A stretch of 55,009 nucleotides of DNA from Candidatus Krumholzibacteriia bacterium. GTDB taxonomy: Bacteria; Krumholzibacteriota; Krumholzibacteriia; LZORAL124-64-63. Shown one piece after another: positions 35,183 to 41,686 of this stretch; position 1 is the first letter of the stretch; every line of letters starts with the position of its first letter. Both the position numbers and the translations under genes were made by a program. The stretch covers positions 1 through 55,009 of the forward strand of contig JAWOID010000059.1 in assembly GCA_046484865.1 (NCBI GenBank). Direction: 5' to 3'. The notes beneath the pieces were generated by a model. The model was not told where the DNA came from and did not search any database. It worked only from the letters and a program-made list of their open reading frames with translations.

Positions 35183-36457
35183 TCACGTCCGAGGCCTCCA
35201 GACCACCTTCTTCTCTCCTCGCAGGAACCTGCCCAGCGCCACCAGCGCTGCCGCGTTCAACAGGCACAGGTAGTAGGGAAACCCCAGCGCGCGCGGCAGT
35301 TCCCCGGCGCCGGGGCGCCGCACCGCGCTGGCCAGCGCGAGGCCGTAGAAGGTGACCTGGGCCATCAGCAGCAGACTCCAGAAGACGCCGCCGCCCGTCA
35401 GCACGACCAGTGCATTCGCCATCAGCGCGCCCGCCTGGAACAGCCCGGCCAGGTACCGCAGCACCTTGTGCGAGAGCAGTTGCCATGCGTAGAGGCCGTA
35501 TCGCAGCGGGTTCAGCAGCCGCGCCTTGTCCTTCAGGGCCCACCAGGCCCGCAGCGCCACCCTCACCCGCATCCGCCACTCGTCCCGCGCGGCGGTCAGG
35601 ACGTCCTCGTACAGCAACGCCCCCGGCGCGTACACCACGCGGTAGCCGCGCTCGCGCACCGAGAGCGGCAGCACGAAATCCGGCAGCTGATCGGGCCGCA
35701 TCGGGGCGTAGAGGCCGCGGCGCACCACGTCGATGCCGCCGTCCACCCCCACGACGGACCCGATCCCCGTCTCCCACCAGCGCAACCGGTTCTCGTAGCG
35801 CATGTAGGCCGAACACCCCTCGCCCGTCAGCGAACCGTCCGCCGCCCGGTAGACCATGCGGCCGGTGACGTAGCCGATCGCCAGGTCGGCCAGGGGCGCC
35901 ACCAGGTGACGCAAGGCGTCGCGCGCCCAGACGGAGTTCGCGTCGGAGAAGGCGATCACGTCGCCCGTCACCTGCTGCTGGGCCAGGTTCAGGGCGGAGG
36001 TCTTCCCCGCCCGTGGCTCCTGCCGGATCAGGCGCACGCCCTCGGCGGCATAGCCGGCCACGATCTCGTCGGTCCCGTCGCTGGAGCCGTCGGACACGAC
36101 GATGATCTCCAGCCGATCCCGCGGGTAGTCCTGGCTCAGCTTGTTCTCCACCGTGGCCGCGATGCGTTCCGACTCGTTGTAGGCGGCGATGAGCACGGTC
36201 ACCCGGGGCGGTGCGCTGGCGTCAGCATCGACGTCGCCGCGCCCCGCATCCGGCGCGACGGCCATCTCGTTCCCCGCAGCCGCCGCGGGCACCGGTACCC
36301 GACGGGCCGCCGGCGCCCGTCGGGGCGTGCGGAACGTCGTCGCCGGACCCTGCGCGGGCCAGCGCCGCATCACCGCAGCGAGCCCCGCGCACATGAGAGG
36401 ATAGCCCACGTAGATGTAGATCAGCAACGCAACGCAGGTCCAGAAGAGCGCCGTCAT
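35183..36457 (-). CDS. Glycosyltransferase family 2 (membrane-anchored, PgaC/IcaA-like)
   Basis: N-terminal TM YIYVGYP, LIAAYNE, VVSDGSSD, FSDANS, RMRVR, LLSHKVLR. Confidence 0.9.
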   Translation of the reverse strand: MTALFWTCVALLIYIYVGYPLMCAGLAAVMRRWPAQGPATTFRTPRRAPAARRVPVPAAAAGNEMAVAPDAGRGDVDADASAPPRVTVLIAAYNESERIAATVENKLSQDYPRDRLEIIVVSDGSSDGTDEIVAGYAAEGVRLIRQEPRAGKTSALNLAQQQVTGDVIAFSDANSVWARDALRHLVAPLADLAIGYVTGRMVYRAADGSLTGEGCSAYMRYENRLRWWETGIGSVVGVDGGIDVVRRGLYAPMRPDQLPDFVLPLSVRERGYRVVYAPGALLYEDVLTAARDEWRMRVRVALRAWWALKDKARLLNPLRYGLYAWQLLSHKVLRYLAGLFQAGALMANALVVLTGGGVFWSLLLMAQVTFYGLALASAVRRPGAGELPRALGFPYYLCLLNAAALVALGRFLRGEKKVVWRPRT

Positions 36458-37605
36458 CGCGATCGGGTCTCCATGGCTGCCGGAGAGGGGGCGTGTCGCG
36501 CGTAGAGATCATCGTAGGCCTTACCCATGGCGTCCAGGGTATACCGAGCGCGCTGCTCGCGCCGGGCAGCCTCTCCGAGCCTTCGGACCAGGCCTGGATC
36601 GCCGGCCAGGCGCGCCAGGGCGCCCGCGATGCCCGCCACGTCGCCCACCTCCACCAGCAGCCCGGTCTCATCGTGCCGCAGCACCTCGGCCAGCCCCCCC
36701 ACTCGCGACGCGATCACCGGCCGCCCCAGCGCCATGGCCTCCAGCAGGGTGTAGGGCAGCCCCTCGTGGAACGACGGCATCAGCAGCGCGTCGAGATGCG
36801 CCAGGTAGTCCAGGATGTCGGCCCGGAATCCGTGGAACACCACCCGGCCATCGAGGCCCGCCCGGCGGGCTCGCTCCTGCAGTTCCCTCGTCATGGACCC
36901 GGTGCCGATCACGTGCAACCGGACACTCTGCGGCACCTCTGGGCGTCCGAGGGCATCCAGCGCGAACCCGATGCCCTTCACGGGCGAAACCCGGCCCACG
37001 ATGCCGACGTCGAAGGCGCCGGCGGTGAGTTCGGCAGGGCGCTCGCGAGCGGTCGCGTCCAGCGGATCGATGCCGTTGGGAATCACGTGACGTTCCACGT
37101 CCCGGTGTGAACGGTCGGAGCCGGCGGCGATGTCGTGCGTCACGTAGGCGAGGGCGTCCACGCCCTGCCGCACCGCCCACCGTTCCAGGCGATGGTTCAG
37201 CCGGGCCTTCAACCAGTTCACGGGGTGAGCGAGCGTGGCCTCGGGCCGGCCGTGCACCGTGACTACCAGTCCGAACCGGTGGGTGCGGCGCGCCAGCGCG
37301 CAGGCGATGGTGGCCTTGTAGCCGTGGGCGTGCACCACGTCGACGCCCTCGCGGGCGAGGACGCCGGCCACCCGCTGGGCAAGCCGGGGGTCGTAGCGTC
37401 CGGCTGCGGTGACGATGCAAGGCTCGACGCCTCGGCCACGCAGCTGGCGGGCCAGTTCCCCGTCGTGGAAGAGCACCACGGCGGCCAGATCGGCGCCGGT
37501 GCGCTGGAGGCCGGTGCGCTGGAGGTAGCGGCACAGATCGAGGATCTGGCGCTCCACCCCGCCGAACAGCTCGCCCACCGAGCAGAGCGCCACCCGCACC
37601 GTCAC
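36454..37605 (-). CDS. Glycosyltransferase family 4 (GT-B)
   Basis: GGVERQ, VVHAHGYKA, VIPNGID, HEGLPYTLLEAMALGRPVIASRVGG. Start uncertain (37605 or 37599). Confidence 0.92.
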   Translation of the reverse strand: MTVRVALCSVGELFGGVERQILDLCRYLQRTGLQRTGADLAAVVLFHDGELARQLRGRGVEPCIVTAAGRYDPRLAQRVAGVLAREGVDVVHAHGYKATIACALARRTHRFGLVVTVHGRPEATLAHPVNWLKARLNHRLERWAVRQGVDALAYVTHDIAAGSDRSHRDVERHVIPNGIDPLDATARERPAELTAGAFDVGIVGRVSPVKGIGFALDALGRPEVPQSVRLHVIGTGSMTRELQERARRAGLDGRVVFHGFRADILDYLAHLDALLMPSFHEGLPYTLLEAMALGRPVIASRVGGLAEVLRHDETGLLVEVGDVAGIAGALARLAGDPGLVRRLGEAARREQRARYTLDAMGKAYDDLYARHAPSPAAMETRSR

Positions 37606-37654
37606 ACCTCGCTCCCCGGCGGTCCGCAGCGCCGCGACCTCGTCGTCGCCTGGC

Positions 37655-38644
37655 TCACGACGCCTCCGGGGCATCGTCCGGCAGGCTCCGGAATTCCTGC
37701 CACGCATGCAGCAGGAAGGGCAGGAATGCCTCGGCTGCCCGGCGGTTGCCCTCGCTGGTGGGATGACTGTCCACGCCTTCCCGGCTGGGGTACACCGACC
37801 AGTCGCTCTCGCCATGCCCCGTGAGCACGTCGTAGTAGTCGAAGACGGCCACGTTGGCCCCCTCGTACCCGGCCAGCCAGCCCTGCTCCGGATCGACCAG
37901 CCAGGTGTTGAACTCGCGCGCCAGTTCCGCCGACCGGGGCTCGCCGCCGAACCAGCCCTTGACCGTGCCCACCACGCCCGCCGGCTTCGGCCTGGTCAGC
38001 GGCGGGGCGGTGAACGCCACGAACAGCACGTCCGGGCGCTCGGCAAGATACGGCAGGATGGCCCGATAGGCCGCTCTGGCGTTGGCCACCGTCGGCTCGC
38101 AGGAATCCGGGTCGCCGGGTTCCCGGCCGCGCCCTGCGAACCCGTTGTTCGGGTAGCACGACTTGAACGCCACGATCTCGTTGGTCTGCCCCGCCGGCAA
38201 GAGGGCATCCTGGCGCTCGGTCCGCAGGATGCGGTCCATCTGGTCGCGGAATTTCGCGTGCCAGTGGCAGATGTCCGTGTCCTCGGCCACGACCGAGCCG
38301 TAGGACGCCTGGTTGACCGCGAATCCCGCCTGCTCGAGCAGCGACCGCAGGCCGCCTCCGCCGGGATGACTGGCGTGGATGCAGCGCTCGCCCGTTCCCC
38401 TCTCGCCGCCCACCTGCTCGCCGGGATCTGCGAGGAGCTGCCCACCGCAGGAATGGTGGATGAAGAGCAGGTTCGTCCGCGAGGTCGAATCGCGGGCAGC
38501 GGTGCGGTCGGTCGTCGGCTGGTCCATGGGTGGAGATCCTCCGGAGCGAGCCGATCCGTCGGCGCGGGCATACGGCGCCGGTGTCGCGCCGACCAGCACG
38601 ATCGCCCCGAGCAGAAGGACGGACAACGGCTTGCGCACGGACAC
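37655..38644 (-). CDS. Secreted hypothetical protein, SGNH-like fold candidate
   Basis: GTG 38644 after GGGAG. Signal peptide. FIHHSCG, AFKSCYPN, C-terminal DSHPTSEGNRRAA resembling SGNH block V. Confidence 0.6.
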   Translation of the reverse strand: MSVRKPLSVLLLGAIVLVGATPAPYARADGSARSGGSPPMDQPTTDRTAARDSTSRTNLLFIHHSCGGQLLADPGEQVGGERGTGERCIHASHPGGGGLRSLLEQAGFAVNQASYGSVVAEDTDICHWHAKFRDQMDRILRTERQDALLPAGQTNEIVAFKSCYPNNGFAGRGREPGDPDSCEPTVANARAAYRAILPYLAERPDVLFVAFTAPPLTRPKPAGVVGTVKGWFGGEPRSAELAREFNTWLVDPEQGWLAGYEGANVAVFDYYDVLTGHGESDWSVYPSREGVDSHPTSEGNRRAAEAFLPFLLHAWQEFRSLPDDAPEAS

Positions 38645-38806
38645 GGTGGTCTTCTCCCGCTCACGACGAGGCGCAATCGCCCCCTCCGGGCGGCTGCGAG
38701 TGGCAATATAGCACAGCTCCTCGCCGGGACGCACGGCTCCGCCGTCAGTCGTTCCGTTACCAAACGTCAGCATTACGCATATTAGTGATTTTTAATTGTC
38801 GTGATG

Positions 38807-38835
38807 TTGACTTTTATGCCGTGATGGCATACAAT
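38807..38835 (+). promoter_or_regulatory. sigma70 promoter of peptide gene 1
   Basis: TTGACT-N17-TACAAT in an AT-rich patch, with a T-tract upstream. Confidence 0.8.
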
Positions 38836-38885
38836 CATCCGCGGGATGGAGGACCAGCATCATCAACGAGCATGGAGCGTGCAGC

Positions 38886-39029
38886 ATGGACAAGCGACCG
38901 TATGTTCGCCCCGTACTGAAGACCCAGGTGATCGCTCTGGGGGTCTTCGGCCAGTACGGCAGCAACGATCGGGACGATATCAATCCGTCCCCGATCAAGA
39001 TCATCCCGACCGGGCGGGTCATGGGGTAG
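38886..39029 (+). CDS. Small RiPP-precursor-like peptide 1 (47 aa)
   Basis: MDKRPYVRPVLKTQVIALGVFGQYGSNDRDDINPSPIKIIPTGRVMG*. SD GGAG 8 nt upstream, own promoter, clear paralog at 41390. Not in the ORF track (<60 aa). Confidence 0.85.
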   Translation: MDKRPYVRPVLKTQVIALGVFGQYGSNDRDDINPSPIKIIPTGRVMG

Positions 39030-39064
39030 TCGGCCGATCCGACGACCTCCAGGCGACCTCGCGA

Positions 39065-39100
39065 ACGAGACCGGAGCGTCCATCGGCGCTCCGGTCTCGT
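39065..39100 (+). other. 14-bp perfect stem-loop after peptide gene 1
   Basis: ACGAGACCGGAGCG-TCCATCGG-CGCTCCGGTCTCGT, no U-tract. Confidence 0.75.
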
Positions 39101-39241
39101 CTCGCCCCGGCCGGGACGGCCGCCGCGCCATGATCGGCGGCAGGCCCGCGGATCGTGCCGCTTTCCGCTGTTGCTTTTCCCCCGCCCTGTGTTTCCATGG
39201 GCAGGTAGCCTCGCCGGGGCCGTGACCCCCGACGGAATCTC

Positions 39242-41233
39242 GTGACCCCGGCACCGGCCCGCGCGCCGGTACCGTTTCCACCGGCTGGACGCCGCCCCGA
39301 CGTGAAGAACCCCTCCGAGGTCCAGGCCGCATCCGAGACCACCCTGGGCCTGAAGGCCCTGCGACCCTACCTCAGCCTGCTGCGTGGTCAGGCGCGAGAC
39401 CTGGCGCTGGCGCTGTTGCTCATGGCTGCGGCCACCGCCGTCACCCTGGCCATCCCCCTGCTGGCCGGCCGGTTCGTGGACAGGCTGCGCACCGCCGGCG
39501 AGGGCGGCGGATTCCCCACGCCTCTCCTGCTCGGCCTCGCCGGCTTGCTGGCGATGCAGCTGGTCGGGACCTTCTTCTACTCGCTGGTCTCGCAGCGCCT
39601 CGGCCTGCGCACCATCACCCGCCTGCGCCAGCGCCTCTTCGCGCACATGGTGGAGCTGCCCAGCCTCTTCTTCGTGCGCCAGAAGCCGGGCGACCTCTCC
39701 AGCCGCGTCACCTCCGACGTGGGCTCCATCCAGTACATGCTGACCAGCGGCGCCGTCGGCTTCGTGCGGGCGCTGGCCACGCTGGTGGGCGCCGTGGTCC
39801 TGATGCTGACCATGAACGTGCAGCTCAGCCTGGTGGTGCTGCTCATGGTGCCGGCGACCATCCTCCTGGTGCAGCTCTTCGGGCGGCGTCTGCAGCGCCT
39901 GTCCCGGGACATGTACCGGGAGCTGGGACAGGTGAGCAACCACGTCCAGCAGGTGGCCGGAGCCATCCGCCTGGTGAAGGTCTTCAACAACCAGGCCGGC
40001 GAGCAGGGCCGCTTCGGCACCATGCTCGATCGCTACTACGAGGCCGGGATGAAGCGCGCCTGGCTCACCGCGGCCCTGGAGGCCGCGATCCAGGTCCTGC
40101 TCTGGATCACCCTCATCGCGGTGGTGATCTACGGCTTCTATCTCTCGAGCGTGGGCACCACCACCTACGGCGAACTGGTGACGTTCCTGCTGCTGGCCTT
40201 CCGGGTGGCGGCCCCGCTCGGATCCCTGAGCAGCCTGTACGCCTCTGCCCAGGGCGCGGTGGCGGCCGCCGGACGCCTGGACGAGATCTTCGCCACCCCC
40301 CGCGAGGACGAGGACCGCCGCCGCCCGACGGCTCCCGAGCGTGTCGTGGCACGGGCACGCGAGGTTGTGGCGTCGGCGCCGTCACCGCCCGCAGCGGGCC
40401 GAACGGCGGCCGGCACGGCAGCGGCTGCCGCAGCGGGGATTGCCCGCAGCGGTGGCGCGGCGGCCCGCGCCGATCGCCCGCGCGGCGCCCTCGTCGAGGC
40501 GGAACAGGTCTCCTTCGCATACGACGAGGGCGCCGAGCCGGTCCTGCACGACATCGACTTCCGCATCGAGTCCGGACAGAAGGTGGGGCTCGTCGGTCCC
40601 AGCGGCGCCGGCAAGACCAGCCTGGCCGGACTCCTCCTGCGCCTGTTCGACCCCCAGCAAGGGGAGTTCCGCCTGGACGGCGTCCCCTTCCGGGAGCACG
40701 AGCTTCCGGATCTCCGGGCCCAGATGGCTTATGTCTCGCAGGAGCCCATCCTTTACGACGACTCCATCGACGCGAACATCCGCTTCGGGCTCGAGGACGC
40801 CAGCGAGGAGTCGGTGCGCGAGGCGGCCCGGCGCGCCCATGCCCTCGAGTTCATCGATCGCCTGCCGGACGGGCTGGCCACGACCGTCGGTGATCGCGGC
40901 GTACGGCTCAGCGGAGGCCAGCGCCAGCGGATCGCCCTGGCGCGCGCGTTCCTGCGCGACCCGCGCTTCCTGCTCCTGGACGAGCCCACCAGCGCCCTCG
41001 ACGCCGCCGCCGAGGAGACCGTCCAGCGCGCCCTGCGCGACCTGATGGACGGACGCACCGCCCTGGTGGTGGCGCATCGCCTGTCCCTGGTCCGCGATCT
41101 CGACCTGATCCTCGTGCTCGAGAACGGCCGGCTGGTCGAACAGGGACCCCATGCCGAACTCCTGGCCGCCGGCGGGCTCTATGCCCACCTGTTCCGCCTG
41201 CAACACGGCCGCCTCTCCATCCGGACCGGTTGA
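39242..41233 (+). CDS. ABC exporter, fused TMD-NBD (MsbA/Sav1866-like), no C39 peptidase domain
   Basis: About 6 TM helices, GDLSSRVTSDV, Walker A GPSGAGKT, LSGGQRQR, LLLDE, AHRLS. Start may be GTG 39302. Confidence 0.93.
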   Translation: MTPAPARAPVPFPPAGRRPDVKNPSEVQAASETTLGLKALRPYLSLLRGQARDLALALLLMAAATAVTLAIPLLAGRFVDRLRTAGEGGGFPTPLLLGLAGLLAMQLVGTFFYSLVSQRLGLRTITRLRQRLFAHMVELPSLFFVRQKPGDLSSRVTSDVGSIQYMLTSGAVGFVRALATLVGAVVLMLTMNVQLSLVVLLMVPATILLVQLFGRRLQRLSRDMYRELGQVSNHVQQVAGAIRLVKVFNNQAGEQGRFGTMLDRYYEAGMKRAWLTAALEAAIQVLLWITLIAVVIYGFYLSSVGTTTYGELVTFLLLAFRVAAPLGSLSSLYASAQGAVAAAGRLDEIFATPREDEDRRRPTAPERVVARAREVVASAPSPPAAGRTAAGTAAAAAAGIARSGGAAARADRPRGALVEAEQVSFAYDEGAEPVLHDIDFRIESGQKVGLVGPSGAGKTSLAGLLLRLFDPQQGEFRLDGVPFREHELPDLRAQMAYVSQEPILYDDSIDANIRFGLEDASEESVREAARRAHALEFIDRLPDGLATTVGDRGVRLSGGQRQRIALARAFLRDPRFLLLDEPTSALDAAAEETVQRALRDLMDGRTALVVAHRLSLVRDLDLILVLENGRLVEQGPHAELLAAGGLYAHLFRLQHGRLSIRTG

Positions 41234-41318
41234 TCCTCTTTTCGCTGAGGCCTCGATGGGGGCATCCCCTGTAATTGGGTGCAACCCGCTTTTTCATCAA
41301 TTCATCGAAGGATGCGAT

Positions 41319-41347
41319 TAGACAATCCCGTCTCATGGAGTTATCAT
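41319..41347 (+). promoter_or_regulatory. sigma70 promoter of peptide gene 2
   Basis: TAGACA-N17-TATCAT in an AT-rich patch, with a T-tract upstream. Confidence 0.65.
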
Positions 41348-41389
41348 GACCAGTGCGAAGGGGACGTCATCACAACCAGAGGAGCCGTC

Positions 41390-41548
41390 ATGAACCGCAC
41401 CGACAGGAAACGATACCAGAAGCCGATGCTGTTCACTCGCGTGGTCGAGCTGGGCGTGTTCGGGCAGTACGGCAACGACGAACGGCCGAACGTGACCAAC
41501 GTGGATCCGATCAAGGTGGTCCGCGGCGGGAACATGCGGCCGCTGTAG
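41390..41548 (+). CDS. Small RiPP-precursor-like peptide 2 (52 aa)
   Basis: MNRTDRKRYQKPMLFTRVVELGVFGQYGNDERPNVTNVDPIKVVRGGNMRPL*. SD AGAGGAG, paralog of 38886-39029. True start ATG 41390 lies inside track ORF 41279..41548. Confidence 0.85.
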   Translation: MNRTDRKRYQKPMLFTRVVELGVFGQYGNDERPNVTNVDPIKVVRGGNMRPL

Positions 41549-41686
41549 ACGCGACCGTCGTCGTCACGTTGTCACATTGTCATGAGGGAGCGGCAGGGGT
41601 GGCAGGCGCGCGGCAGCAGCGCTGCGCCGGCCCCTCACGGGTCGCGGGTGTAACACCCCTCGATCTGCGGCCCGCCCGGTGCTCCG

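Noticed and set aside
38530..39133. Track ORFs 38530..38919 and 38846..39133
   Set aside because: Different frames from the 47-aa peptide, which is supported by an SD, a promoter and a paralog.
41279..41389. 5' extension of track ORF 41279..41548
   Set aside because: Overlaps the predicted promoter. SD AGAGGAG and paralog alignment support ATG 41390.
41560..41585. GTCAC/TGTCA direct repeats after peptide 2 (Pho-box-like)
   Set aside because: 8-bp period instead of 11, and located between convergent gene ends, not in a promoter.
39030..41686. Search for PqqD/RRE, lasso B2 protease or radical SAM genes near the peptides
   Set aside because: The spacers (39030-39241, 41234-41389, 41549-41686) are short and contain no such ORF, so a complete canonical lasso cluster cannot be claimed.
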